Of a stretch of 64,000 bases of DNA, positions 38,576 to 49,474 are shown in pieces. Source of the DNA: Candidatus Heimdallarchaeota archaeon (lineage in GTDB: Archaea; Asgardarchaeota; Heimdallarchaeia; Hodarchaeales; Hodarchaeaceae); NCBI GenBank assembly GCA_011364965.1, contig RDOB01000002.1, positions 384,001 through 448,000 on the forward strand, written 5' to 3'. Within the stretch, counting starts at the first letter, position 1. Every line of letters starts with the position of its first letter. The notes under the pieces were generated by a model. The model ran no database searches, had not been told where the DNA came from, and saw only the letters and a list, made by a program, of their open reading frames with translations. The position numbers and the translations under genes were made by a program.

Positions 38576-39607
38576 CTAAGACATTTTATATCCTCTTGCT
38601 CTTCTAATCCCCATATGAGTTAGGCGATTAATAACTTGGTGTAATTCAAGGGATTTAAATTTCTGTTTTTGCTCTATCAAAGTCAATTCTGCAAAATAAT
38701 CTTGCATTGCAGGAGCAAGATCTGTAATTATTGATTTCGGTACTTTTCTCCACTTACGTACAACTTTCTGGAAACTTAATAACTTTCTAGGATTATTAAT
38801 GACAAAACTATTTTGATCAGTTGTAATAAAATCCATTCCTGAAATGGAATGGCTACCAAAAACTAAACGAGCAGGATAGGCTTGAAATAATAAACGACAA
38901 TATGTAACAACTACAGAAGAAAACGCGCTTATCAAAGCAGCATCTACTGGCGAATTATAATCCATATATATATGAGCTCCAGAATTCGAGTGAATAATGC
39001 CCCATGGTTCCCCTGGTAGAGTGGTAGATATATAACGTTCGAACAGCTCTTTCAAGAGGGCGTGAAAAAATAATAATTCTTCAATTGACATAGCAGAAAA
39101 AGAACATTCTCCATTCCCAACTGAAACATTTTCATTGAAGGTTACTGCCTTTACAGATTCTTGAAAAAGAGAATCGACTACCGATCTATCAATTATTTCT
39201 TCTTGTGAATAGAAATGCGCATAGATAACGGAAGCTGTACCAGCTAGAATGCTTCGCATATCATCAAGGTGCGGGATTGGATCGTCCTCAATCTCAATCT
39301 TTTTTATCAATCTTGTGGTTACGAGTGGATCTGAGATAACAATGTTATATTTATCTTGTAAATTGACAATCATGATGTCATCTGCTTGACTTGGGTGTGG
39401 GCGAGGGTAACGTAATCGAATCATGCCGATTCCTTCCCCCCATATCTCAGCTCCTAATTTAGAAAGCGCATTTACGAAATCAACTGTCTGGAGCATTTTA
39501 GTTTCGTCAATGTCTCCAAAATGCCATCTAACATCATTCTCTGCAGTAAGTATGGCCCAATTATTTAGATATAAACGTCTTTGGGGTATTTGCACAGCTA
39601 TATTCAC
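38576..39607 (-). CDS. Hypothetical protein with two longin/roadblock-like domains
   Basis: Two segments with a beta-beta-alpha-beta-beta-beta-alpha hydrophobic pattern (WAILTAENDVRWHFG... and WGIIHSNSGAHIY...DAALISAFSS). Fold is inferred by eye. Confidence 0.55.
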   Translation of the reverse strand: MNIAVQIPQRRLYLNNWAILTAENDVRWHFGDIDETKMLQTVDFVNALSKLGAEIWGEGIGMIRLRYPRPHPSQADDIMIVNLQDKYNIVISDPLVTTRLIKKIEIEDDPIPHLDDMRSILAGTASVIYAHFYSQEEIIDRSVVDSLFQESVKAVTFNENVSVGNGECSFSAMSIEELLFFHALLKELFERYISTTLPGEPWGIIHSNSGAHIYMDYNSPVDAALISAFSSVVVTYCRLLFQAYPARLVFGSHSISGMDFITTDQNSFVINNPRKLLSFQKVVRKWRKVPKSIITDLAPAMQDYFAELTLIEQKQKFKSLELHQVINRLTHMGIRRARGYKMS

Positions 39608-39810
39608 GTACCGTTTGAAAATTTTAACTATTTAATTGAACTCGCCTTGATTCTGTTTGGATATTTAGTATTTTTTTAATCAAGAATTAATAACTTTCCA
39701 AATTTGTTAATTAGATTCAAATAAAAATCTTTCAATTATCGAGGTTTCGAATAACACCTATTTTAATTAAGATAAAAATTTGCGTTTTTAAACAAAGGAA
39801 TGGACTTAGA

Positions 39811-41181
39811 ATGACCGAAACTACTTCTTTAACAGAAACTGACATATTAGTTGTAGGTGGGGGCCCCGCGGGTGTCATTTCAGCTTTAACTGCAGCTAAA
39901 AAAGGAAATAGGGTAATGTTGGTTGATGCAAAATCCTATGAAGAAATAGGCAATAAGACATGCGGAGATGCTGTAAATCTCGGTCCACTGAATTTTTTGA
40001 AGGAAAATCTTGGACTGGAAATGCCTTCAGGAGAAGAAGTAGCTGATACTGTCGAATCTATGGTTTTCGAGACAAAAAATGTTGCATATCCAATGTACGG
40101 GGATGGCTTTGTATTAAACCGGCATCCATATGGTCAAAGACTCCTAAAAGAAGCAGAAGAATATGGAGTCGAAGTAAGATCAAATACAAAAGCTGTTCGT
40201 GCGCTTACACTCAATGGAACAGTGGTTGGAGTTGTAGTTAAAGAGAATCGTGCGAAAGAGTACGAAATTAGAGCGAAGATTACAATTGATTGTTCAGGAA
40301 GGAATTTTCAAATAAGGAAATCTCTCTCTGATTCAGAGTTTCCACTCTTAGAAAAAAACATGGAAAAAAGAGACATTGCTGCGTCATATCGTGAAATAAT
40401 TCAGCTAAAAGATGATCATCCGTATGGTAACAAAATAGTTCTACAATTTCGCAACGAAATTCCTGAACCTGGGTATTTCTGGATTTTCAGTAAAGGTCCT
40501 AAGCGATTAAATCTCGGTATTGGATGGTATTTAGATACACAAGTAGAAAAGGGGATGAAGGAACTTTTCTGGGAAGTCTTACATAAATATTATCCTTCTG
40601 GAACATATGAAGTAGAGGATGCTGGGGGATATACAATTCCTGCAAGATATCCCTTACTTAATGCGGTTGCTTCGGGGTTTATTACAGCTGGTGATGCTGC
40701 TTTTCATGTAAATCCTTTAACTGCAGAGGGTCATGGGTCTGCATTGGTAGCAGGATATTTCGCAGGGCTAACTGCTGCTGAAGCCATTGAATCATCGGAC
40801 TTATCACAAATGGGTTTATGGCAATATAATGAACGAATTATGAAGCATTTTGGATTAAGTCATGCAAAGATTCAGCTTTTTACTGAAGCATTAAATACAG
40901 TAAAAGTATCTGGTTTAGAATTTGTGCTAAAAAGAAATATCCTTACTCAAGATCAGTTTGTTGGCCTATATGGGGGGAAAAGCATGGGCGCAATCGAATT
41001 AATAAAGATTCTAATCAAAATCTTTCCAAGATACAATTTATTGAATGTGCTTTATAGAATTTCAAGAGGCGCTAATTACTTTGAAAAATTATTTGATAGA
41101 TACCCGTCCACTCCTGAAGATTATTTACCTTGGAAAGCTGAATTTGATAAAAAAATGCAAGAAATCCGTCAAGCTCATTAA
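39811..41181 (+). CDS. Geranylgeranyl reductase-family FAD oxidoreductase (DGGGPL reductase-like)
   Basis: VVGGGPAG, KTCGDA, PGYFWIF, AGDAAFHVNPLTAEG. Confidence 0.85.
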   Translation: MTETTSLTETDILVVGGGPAGVISALTAAKKGNRVMLVDAKSYEEIGNKTCGDAVNLGPLNFLKENLGLEMPSGEEVADTVESMVFETKNVAYPMYGDGFVLNRHPYGQRLLKEAEEYGVEVRSNTKAVRALTLNGTVVGVVVKENRAKEYEIRAKITIDCSGRNFQIRKSLSDSEFPLLEKNMEKRDIAASYREIIQLKDDHPYGNKIVLQFRNEIPEPGYFWIFSKGPKRLNLGIGWYLDTQVEKGMKELFWEVLHKYYPSGTYEVEDAGGYTIPARYPLLNAVASGFITAGDAAFHVNPLTAEGHGSALVAGYFAGLTAAEAIESSDLSQMGLWQYNERIMKHFGLSHAKIQLFTEALNTVKVSGLEFVLKRNILTQDQFVGLYGGKSMGAIELIKILIKIFPRYNLLNVLYRISRGANYFEKLFDRYPSTPEDYLPWKAEFDKKMQEIRQAH

Positions 41182-41246
41182 AACATAAGAAATCGGAATT
41201 TTAGATAGTGACCCGAGAAAGGAGTTTTTAGGAAGGAGTCTTTTCT

Positions 41247-41384
41247 TTAGACTCTTCGCTTATTAATTGGAACATAGCTTTGTGTTTTTACTCGGTTAGC
41301 TTTTTGTACTGGATAGAATAAAGATCCAAAAATTGAACCTAAAAACGCGGTATTATTAAAATTTTTAGAATTGATTTTTTTCAT
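41247..41384 (-). CDS. Putative 45-aa basic peptide
   Basis: MKKINSKNFNNTAFLGSIFGSLFYPVQKANRVKTQSYVPINKRRV, preceded by AGGTGA SD-like sequence; T-rich hairpin region downstream. Confidence 0.4.
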   Translation of the reverse strand: MKKINSKNFNNTAFLGSIFGSLFYPVQKANRVKTQSYVPINKRRV

Positions 41385-41667
41385 TTTTATTTCACCTTAA
41401 TTATTTATTTTTTAAAATGCAAATTGAAATTAATTTTGTCTATAAACGTGAAATCCTTGTATAAAGCTTCCACACCCAATATCCCTCACTGACTTGTGTC
41501 AATGGTCATCATTTGGAATTCACAAGTCTTTTAGACGTTCATTTTCTCTTTATCTTGCCTTTGAACATCCCTTAAAATAATTTTTAAAACTTAAGTCATT
41601 AGTAATAATTATTTAGAGGGTGTATTAGGGTCATATCTTCTTAAAAGCATATTATTTATGCGAAAAA

Positions 41668-44583
41668 TTACTCACTCGAAGATGAGACTGATGAGGTGTT
41701 ACTTTCTGATTTACTTCTCTGCAGGGATTTTGAAGAATGAAAAATATCTCTTAAATACATCCCCGTTGGACAATCGACATCTGCTATTTCTTCTGGAGCT
41801 CCTGTGGCAAGGATTTCCCCTCCATTATCACCCCCTTCTGGACCAAGTTCTATAATCCAGTCAGCAGTTTTCAGAACATCTAAATTATGTTCAATTACCA
41901 CAACAGTATTCCCCTCTTCAACTAATCTCATCAATACTTTTAACAAAAAAGATATATCATGAGTGGATAATCCAGTTGTTGGTTCATCTAAAATATAAAT
42001 GGTTTTACCAGTGGATCGTTTTGATAATTCTTTTGCGAGTTTTACTCGTTGAGCTTCTCCTCCTGATAAAGTAGTTGCTGGTTGTCCTATTTGAATATAA
42101 CCTAAACCGACATCAGAGATTGTTTGTAATTTAGATTTGATTGGGGGTATGTTTTCAAAGAATTCTAATCCTTCCTCTACAGTCATATTCAGAACATCAT
42201 AGATATTTTTTCCTTTGTAGCGTATTTCTAAGGTGTCGGAATTATACCTTTTCCCTTTACAGTCCTCACACGTAATCCAGACGTCAGGAAGAAAGGAAAG
42301 TTCTATTTTTATCTGCCCTCCGCCATGACATGTTTCGCATCGACCCCCTTTTACATTAAAAGAAAATCTACCTTGTTTGTATCCTCTAATTTTGGATTCA
42401 TTTGTTTGAGAAAACAATGCACGAATATTATCCCAAACTCCAGTATAGGTGGCTGGATTCGAGCGAGGAGTACGACCAATAGGAGATTGATCGATATTAA
42501 TGACCTTATCGACATTATTCAGTCCCTCAAATTTTTCATGGGATCCAACACGCTTTTTAGAACCATGAAGATATTTCATTAATCCTCGATAGAGGGTATC
42601 GTTCATCAAAGTTGATTTACCTGATCCTGAAACACCCGAGATACAAATAAATCTTCCAAGAGGAAATTTAACATTAATATTCTTCAAATTATTAGCTGAA
42701 GCACCGATAATGGATATCGATTTTCCGTTACCTGTTTTTCGGGTTTTTGGTATTTCTATTATTCTTCTCCCAGATAGATATGAACCTGTGATCGAGTTTG
42801 GGCAATTCATAATGTCGTCAGAAGTGCCTTGAATTACCAAAGTACCACCATGAATGCCTGGTCCAGGTCCAAGATCAATTATATGATCTGCTTCGAATAT
42901 TGTTTGATGATCATGTTCAACTGCTAGAACCGTATTTCCAATATCAGTTAAATTTCGTAATGAGTTTAATAATTTACCTTGATCACGAGCATGCAAACCA
43001 ATACTAGGTTCATCTAATACATAAGTTACACCAACTAATGCTGATCCTATTTGTGTTGCCAATCGTATGCGCTGACTTTCTCCACCTGAAAGTGTCATTG
43101 ATTTTCTGTCTAATGTTAAATATGGTAGACCCACTGATATAAGAAAATCCAATCTAGCTTCAATCTCTCTTAGAATATTTTTTGCTATGGTAAATTCGTT
43201 CTCTGATAGTTGCGGTCTTAGTTCTCCTAACCACAAGCGACATTTTTCAACAGTCATTTCGCTGATTTGAATGATATTTTTATCTCGAATTGTCACAGCG
43301 AGGGATTCGGGTTTTAAACGTTTTCCTTTGCAACTTTCACAAGGTGCTCGCCTCATTAATGATTCATAATAGCGTCTAGCTCCATCGCTTTTAGTTTCTT
43401 GATATCTTCTCCAAACTGTATTAATGATACCTTCATGCTGATGTCGTTTAGATTCCCATTTACTCCTGTCAGATTCGAATACAATATTCATCTCTGTTTT
43501 TGATCCATAGAGTAATCTGTTTATTACTTCTGGTTTAAGATCTTTAAGAGGAGTGTTGATATCAAAATCATTCCAAGCTTTTGCTAGAGAAGTATAGTAG
43601 GAATACCGCCATGTTCCTGGTTTTAGAGGTTTATCCATGACCCCTCCATCACGAAATGACAAATTGGGATTAGTTATAATTAAATCGGGATCCATTCGAA
43701 GAGTGGTTCCTAATCCCTGACAGGTTGGGCAATGACCCCAAGGGGAATTGAAACTAAAATTTCTAGGTTTTAACTCCTCAAATGATAATTCACAATCAGG
43801 ACAGGCATAATTCTCAGAAAAAAGAATATCTTCATCTGGATCCGAGTTATCCCTGCCTATTCGAGCAATAATTACAACACCTTCTCCTAAATCCAATGCT
43901 TGTTCAATAGACTCGATTAAACGCTTTTTAATTGAACCATTAATAACTAATCGATCCACGATCGCTTCAATGGAATGGATTTTATAACGATCTAGGGTAG
44001 GTGGATTCGCGAGATCAAAATCTTCACTATCAATTCGTACACGAACGTACCCCATTTCTTTCAAGCGATCCCATTCAGTATGATGTGTTCCTTTCTTTCC
44101 ACGTATCACTGGAGCTAAAACTTTGATTCGAGTTCCTTCTGCCCATGCCATGATAGTTCTAACAATTGATTGGGGAGTTTGAATTTGAAGCTCCTTTCCA
44201 CAGGATGTGCAATGCGCAATACCAATATTCGCGAAAAGTAATCTTAAATAATCAAAAATTTCAGTTTGGGTCCCAACAGTAGATCGGGGGTTCTTACTTG
44301 TCGTTTTCTGCTCAATAGAAACTGCAGGGGATAATCCTTCGATTAATTCTACATCGGGTTTTTGCATTCGACCTAAGAATTGTCTGGCATATGCACTTAG
44401 AGATTCTACATATCGTCTTTGTCCTTCAGCAAATATTACATCAAAAGCTAAACTTGATTTGCCTGATCCAGAAACTCCAGTAATGACAACAAATTGATTT
44501 CGTGGAATTTTAACGGTTAAATCTTTCAGATTGTGAACTCTAGCCTTTTGAACATAAATAAATTCTTTCTTGGATTCAGACAT
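41668..44583 (-). CDS. uvrA: Excinuclease ABC subunit A
   Basis: Two Walker A GVSGSGKS, AEGQRRYVESLSAYARQFL, Zn fingers, two LSGGE.QR signatures. Confidence 0.98.
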   Translation of the reverse strand: MSESKKEFIYVQKARVHNLKDLTVKIPRNQFVVITGVSGSGKSSLAFDVIFAEGQRRYVESLSAYARQFLGRMQKPDVELIEGLSPAVSIEQKTTSKNPRSTVGTQTEIFDYLRLLFANIGIAHCTSCGKELQIQTPQSIVRTIMAWAEGTRIKVLAPVIRGKKGTHHTEWDRLKEMGYVRVRIDSEDFDLANPPTLDRYKIHSIEAIVDRLVINGSIKKRLIESIEQALDLGEGVVIIARIGRDNSDPDEDILFSENYACPDCELSFEELKPRNFSFNSPWGHCPTCQGLGTTLRMDPDLIITNPNLSFRDGGVMDKPLKPGTWRYSYYTSLAKAWNDFDINTPLKDLKPEVINRLLYGSKTEMNIVFESDRSKWESKRHQHEGIINTVWRRYQETKSDGARRYYESLMRRAPCESCKGKRLKPESLAVTIRDKNIIQISEMTVEKCRLWLGELRPQLSENEFTIAKNILREIEARLDFLISVGLPYLTLDRKSMTLSGGESQRIRLATQIGSALVGVTYVLDEPSIGLHARDQGKLLNSLRNLTDIGNTVLAVEHDHQTIFEADHIIDLGPGPGIHGGTLVIQGTSDDIMNCPNSITGSYLSGRRIIEIPKTRKTGNGKSISIIGASANNLKNINVKFPLGRFICISGVSGSGKSTLMNDTLYRGLMKYLHGSKKRVGSHEKFEGLNNVDKVINIDQSPIGRTPRSNPATYTGVWDNIRALFSQTNESKIRGYKQGRFSFNVKGGRCETCHGGGQIKIELSFLPDVWITCEDCKGKRYNSDTLEIRYKGKNIYDVLNMTVEEGLEFFENIPPIKSKLQTISDVGLGYIQIGQPATTLSGGEAQRVKLAKELSKRSTGKTIYILDEPTTGLSTHDISFLLKVLMRLVEEGNTVVVIEHNLDVLKTADWIIELGPEGGDNGGEILATGAPEEIADVDCPTGMYLRDIFHSSKSLQRSKSESNTSSVSSSSE

Positions 44584-45073
44584 GTCACGATATTCCTGTA
44601 CTCATCGCGTTTTTAAGATCGGTTATAGTGGCAACGAAATTAGAGAAGAATATACACCCTACTGTCCACTAAGGAAATAAAATAGTGGATATTTACAGTA
44701 AAAGAACAAAGTGAACCTATTCCTATAATTTCTGTACTTCTCCACAGACTAAGTTCCTTATGGATGCAGTATTAATAGGTTTTAGTACACTGAAATCAAA
44801 TTCTAAACAGAAATTCAGTCCAAAAAGAGAAGATTAGGAGTTTTTTTGAGATTTTAAGTGTTAATTAATAGATGAGATCTGTAAATTGGGGTAATTTGAT
44901 GATATTGAACGAAATTAAAGCTTAAAATTATAGATTATTTGATTTTATTCGATTCTGGGAAGACTGCGGTTTTTTGTTTCAGTTACTCTTTTAAGATGAA
45001 AAATCCCAACACAGAGTAAGCTAACTGTGCATTGTTTGGAAATGGACAGGCAACTTAAACAACTTTTTTTGGA

Positions 45074-48000
45074 ATGAATAAAATAAAAATGGGATTTAAA
45101 ATGGGAAAATGGAAATTTTTGTTAATCTCCATGATTCTACTGCTAGTAGGGGGTTCAACAGCTCTTTCAACGTTTTCTTCTAACTTAGTGACTTCTGAAA
45201 GGGTGAAAGAAACTTCTATATTACTTTCACCATTACAAGGTAACTATATTTTACCAGAAACATATTCACCTCCCCGATTGGTTATAACAAGCGAACCAAC
45301 AGTTAACGCGATGGCAGATCATACCATGTCTTTGAGAGGAACTAATGATAGTCTTCGATTTAGTGTCATGTTTACAGCAGATGAAACTGCGCATTATTGG
45401 ATGCATGCAAGGCTATATGACAATACAGAAAGTACTATTATTATAGAATCGGACTCTTGGGGCGAAACTATCATTGCAGGAAACACTAGAACTGTTATAT
45501 TTGACTTTTGTGGCTATATAATCAATGAAGCGGGATTCGATGGTCCCTATGCAGTATACTTGGATTTTAATATGGAATTGAGTAATGGAACCACCATTCA
45601 TATTTATGGAGACGAAATAACTCCATACGAGAATGTTCACTGGACAAAACCATATCTAGCAACAGATTTTGCAGTGTATCCAATAATTATCAATTCTGTC
45701 ACACCCAACTATATAGATACTGATAATGGTTTATATGAATGGGTAGATGTTGAACTCGATTTGACTGTCAATATAAAAGATGATTATTGGTTTGATGCCA
45801 ATTTTCGTTTTACGGGTACTGGAAGTCCTGAAGATGCATATACTCGCCAATATTTGACCGTTGGCACTCATACCGTGACATTAAAGTTTGCTACATGGGA
45901 TTTTGCACAATATAGCGTAAGTGCTGAAACTATGATGTTAAGTTATTTATATATTCGGCATGATACCTCTCCTAGTTGGGGAGTATTTGAAGCATGGGAT
46001 TATTATACTACTGGATCCACTTATTCTTCAAGTGATTTCGATACCCCTCCAATAGTATTAACAGGTCGATTTTGGGAAGATACAGAGAGTAACTGGGATC
46101 TCGATGGTGATGGAAAATTCGATTATTACAAAGTTATTGCTGAAGTTGACAAACTTCGAGTTGAAGATGGACAATTTAGGCTTTATGCTAATCTTTGTAA
46201 TGAAACAGGATATGGAATCAGTGGTGGATGGGCTGAATATAATTCAGATGCTTTTCAGCTCAATAACATTGAACCAGTGAATGTGACATTTGTTTTTAAT
46301 GGGATTGATATTTATAGAAATAAGCTTTTCAATAGTCGACTGTTATTAAATAACCTACAGGGCTATTATTCCTATAATACTCCAAATTGGGATGATTGGT
46401 TTTCATTTAGCGATACCTGGTTAAGTCCAACCTATTATAATTTCACTGCATTTGAAGGGCCTACAGCATTTTTAACTGGCAATTTCTATGATTATGGATT
46501 GGATACTGATGGTGGTGGTTTTGATTATCTAGTGGTCGAAATTGAAGTTGATGTTTTAGAAGCACGCGAGTTTGGGTTCTATGGCGACATCCATGCTAAT
46601 GATAGATACCAATATGCATCAATGTCATATACGTTCACTAGTACTGGTGTTCAAACTGTCTCCTTACAATTTGAAGCGTTCGAAATTTATCGAAGCGGAA
46701 TTGTAAACACCCCAGTTACACTATACATTAGTTTAGAACAACATAATCCATATGTCTATTTGCAAGGTATGTCAGTTGATTTAAGTAATTATACATATAG
46801 TGATTTCAATCCTCCTCATGCACAATTCTTTATACCTGCGGCCTTTAGTGAGTATACATTCGATTCTACTGATCCTGATACAACGTGGGATGAACTAAAG
46901 ATCGTCGTACCCCTTCAGGTTAACAAGGCTGGTTATTATTACGTCTATGGTACCTTAAGAAATCCTGTTACAAATCAAGACCGAAGCTTTTCTAGTACCT
47001 ATGCATACTTCAATGTAGGGAATGAATCAACGATAACTTTGTCTTTCCCCAGTGCGTGGTTCTGGGCTCAACACACCAATACAAGTTATATCCTCTCGTA
47101 TGTCCAAATTACGGAAACAGATTCGAGTGGAAATTCTCTCAGATCATGGGATACAATATATAACGCCTATACTACCAGTATTTATGATTCTACCGATTTT
47201 GATGCCCCTCCAGCTTATATCACTGGGAACTTCTATGAGTGGACTGTTGATAAAGACTCAGATGGTGATTTTGATTTTTTGGTTGTTGCAATTGAAATTG
47301 AGACTACTCTTAGCGGTTTAAATGTGGAATTAGACGCTAATCTACAGACATCAGTATATGATAGAGGGACATATAATTATACATCCTTAAATTATGTCGG
47401 TAGGCATAATATCAGTATGTTCTGGGATGCAACACAACTTTGGGATACTCAAAGCGAAACAGAAAACTATACCATCAATTTCAGGATGTATGATACCTAT
47501 AATTGGATTCTCTTAGACCAACAAAACTATATTACTCATGCCTACTCATGGTATCAATGGGATCCCCCTGGAATTACATTTACAGGAAATGTTAGTGAGA
47601 ATGCATACGATGCAGATTATCCAGTAGATGGAAAATACGACTTTATAGAAATTAGCGTTGAAGTTCAAGTCACTCAAGCAGGTTACTATAATTTAGAAGG
47701 GTCTATCTATGCTTACGATGGCGGAGACAGCGCATGGTTCTATGCTGATTATCAATATTATTCCGTTGGAATACACTGGATTACCACAAAAGCAGTCAAT
47801 TATGCTTGGGTACGAAATCATCTCGATGGTACAGGTTTTTATATTAGCTATATGTATCTTCATGAGCAAATATCAGGTTTCGAAACAATCCTTCAGGATT
47901 ATGACGAATCAGATCACGACTTCAGTCGTATATACTATCATTCCGAATTTGATCAATTGGATGCATGGGTTGTCAGTATTATTAACAATTTCGTAGTAGA

Positions 48001-49339
48001 TACGAATAACGATTCGTTGTACGATTATTGGAGTGTCGTTTTCCTCATAAATGTAATCAAAGATGGTGCAAATCTCTACTTTTGTGCAGATTTGGAATCA
48101 GTAGAAACAGGTAACTATATCGCAGACGCATATGTTTATCTATACGGTGTACCAGACGGTTTATTAAATATCACCCTCAACTTTCGTGGCTCTCGCCTCT
48201 ATAACTCTGGTTTCTCTGGACAGGTTCGAATTTCATATTATTATCTTGTAGAAACCACTGAATGGATGGAACTTCAGAGAAAATATCCTGATTTCATTCT
48301 TGATGGTACTTATTCATTCAGTGACTTTTCTCCAAGTTATATTGACCTCACAAATGTTTGGCCATTATCTGGAAGTATTTTCCTTAAAAACGAAAATACA
48401 GGTGTCGGTTTTGGTTTTGAGACATCTGATAACGAAGATGTAAGCTGGATAACTGTGGAGATTTGGATTGATGATGTATATGAAAAAAGTATTAGTTTGT
48501 ATTCTAGTAAGTCCCATAGCCTTAACTATGAAGAATGGGGCGACATTGAGCTCACATTCGATCGTGGAAGCAGATGGGAACTTGTAGTCAATGTTTATGG
48601 AACTGAAGGATCCGAAAGAACATATACCATCATTTACTTCGTGATTGGGGGTCCAGTGTTCTTTGAATTCCGTGCAAATATCTCTGCAGTTATGCTTGGT
48701 GGAACGATCAAATTCACTGCTGATGTATATGATGTAGATGGAATAGCAAGCGTTACACTTCATATTGAGGGTACTGAAGTTCCAATGGCTTTTGAAAGCA
48801 ATTCCACTTGGGGTGAATATTGGTTCGTTGAATATACTTTCAATACTGTTGGGCAATTTGCAGTTTATGCTACAGCTGAGGATAGTACAGGGATGATAGG
48901 AATGTCCGCGGAGCGTACTATATATGTCAATGATGGCCCTGAGATTATATCGGTTACAGTGTCTCCTGATAATACAGTTGATGTGGGTGAAGAGGTCACT
49001 TTTGTAGTTCAAATACGTAAATCGGACGCAATTATCACAAGCGTAACATTAGAAGTCGTGGACAACAAAGGAAACAAATATATCGATGATTTTATTCTAT
49101 CAACACAAAATAACGAAACACTTACTTATACTGCAAAATTTACTCCTCAGAAAGTCGGAACACACGTTTGTACGATCCGTGCATTAACTACAAAAAACCA
49201 AGTATCAAGTGCTGAAGAAATTCTTACAGTACTTGGAACAGAAACAATCAATGTCACCCCTGGTTTTGATTTCTTTGTAGCGCTCTGTCTTTTGTCACTA
49301 ATTCCAACAATAGAAAAAGCTCGGAGAAAAAAGGATTAA
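45074..49339 (+). CDS. Large secreted repeat cell-surface protein with PGF-CTERM-like anchor
   Basis: Signal peptide; about 8 repeats of about 125 aa, most with DxDxDG..D-like loops; about 3 Ig-like domains; TPGF + TM + RRKKD; many N-x-S/T sequons. Confidence 0.85.
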   Translation: MNKIKMGFKMGKWKFLLISMILLLVGGSTALSTFSSNLVTSERVKETSILLSPLQGNYILPETYSPPRLVITSEPTVNAMADHTMSLRGTNDSLRFSVMFTADETAHYWMHARLYDNTESTIIIESDSWGETIIAGNTRTVIFDFCGYIINEAGFDGPYAVYLDFNMELSNGTTIHIYGDEITPYENVHWTKPYLATDFAVYPIIINSVTPNYIDTDNGLYEWVDVELDLTVNIKDDYWFDANFRFTGTGSPEDAYTRQYLTVGTHTVTLKFATWDFAQYSVSAETMMLSYLYIRHDTSPSWGVFEAWDYYTTGSTYSSSDFDTPPIVLTGRFWEDTESNWDLDGDGKFDYYKVIAEVDKLRVEDGQFRLYANLCNETGYGISGGWAEYNSDAFQLNNIEPVNVTFVFNGIDIYRNKLFNSRLLLNNLQGYYSYNTPNWDDWFSFSDTWLSPTYYNFTAFEGPTAFLTGNFYDYGLDTDGGGFDYLVVEIEVDVLEAREFGFYGDIHANDRYQYASMSYTFTSTGVQTVSLQFEAFEIYRSGIVNTPVTLYISLEQHNPYVYLQGMSVDLSNYTYSDFNPPHAQFFIPAAFSEYTFDSTDPDTTWDELKIVVPLQVNKAGYYYVYGTLRNPVTNQDRSFSSTYAYFNVGNESTITLSFPSAWFWAQHTNTSYILSYVQITETDSSGNSLRSWDTIYNAYTTSIYDSTDFDAPPAYITGNFYEWTVDKDSDGDFDFLVVAIEIETTLSGLNVELDANLQTSVYDRGTYNYTSLNYVGRHNISMFWDATQLWDTQSETENYTINFRMYDTYNWILLDQQNYITHAYSWYQWDPPGITFTGNVSENAYDADYPVDGKYDFIEISVEVQVTQAGYYNLEGSIYAYDGGDSAWFYADYQYYSVGIHWITTKAVNYAWVRNHLDGTGFYISYMYLHEQISGFETILQDYDESDHDFSRIYYHSEFDQLDAWVVSIINNFVVDTNNDSLYDYWSVVFLINVIKDGANLYFCADLESVETGNYIADAYVYLYGVPDGLLNITLNFRGSRLYNSGFSGQVRISYYYLVETTEWMELQRKYPDFILDGTYSFSDFSPSYIDLTNVWPLSGSIFLKNENTGVGFGFETSDNEDVSWITVEIWIDDVYEKSISLYSSKSHSLNYEEWGDIELTFDRGSRWELVVNVYGTEGSERTYTIIYFVIGGPVFFEFRANISAVMLGGTIKFTADVYDVDGIASVTLHIEGTEVPMAFESNSTWGEYWFVEYTFNTVGQFAVYATAEDSTGMIGMSAERTIYVNDGPEIISVTVSPDNTVDVGEEVTFVVQIRKSDAIITSVTLEVVDNKGNKYIDDFILSTQNNETLTYTAKFTPQKVGTHVCTIRALTTKNQVSSAEEILTVLGTETINVTPGFDFFVALCLLSLIPTIEKARRKKD

Positions 49340-49373
49340 AATTCCTCTTTTTTCTCTTTTTTTTACTTTTTTT
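49340..49373 (+). terminator. Oligo-T archaeal terminator after the surface protein gene
   Basis: CTCTTTTTTCTCTTTTTTTACTTTTTTT immediately after the TAA. Confidence 0.6.
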
Positions 49374-49474
49374 GGGCTATTAGTAGTTCTATTGAAAATA
49401 GTCGAAATCTATTATTTTTAGTGACTTTTGCCAAAACCTCGTTCCTTTTAAGGGAGTGATGTCTTGACTTCTTT

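Noticed and set aside
44660-45050. Hairpins in the uvrA/surface-protein intergenic region (TCCACTA...TAGTGGA; CACAG...CTGTG) as a riboswitch or ncRNA
   Set aside because: Short stems with no recognisable family consensus; compatible with chance.
45290-48330. Surface-protein repeats as a CRISPR array, DGR or nucleotide tandem repeat
   Set aside because: Similarity is only at the protein-motif level and the DNA copies are highly diverged. No reverse transcriptase, cas gene or adenine-specific mismatch pattern.
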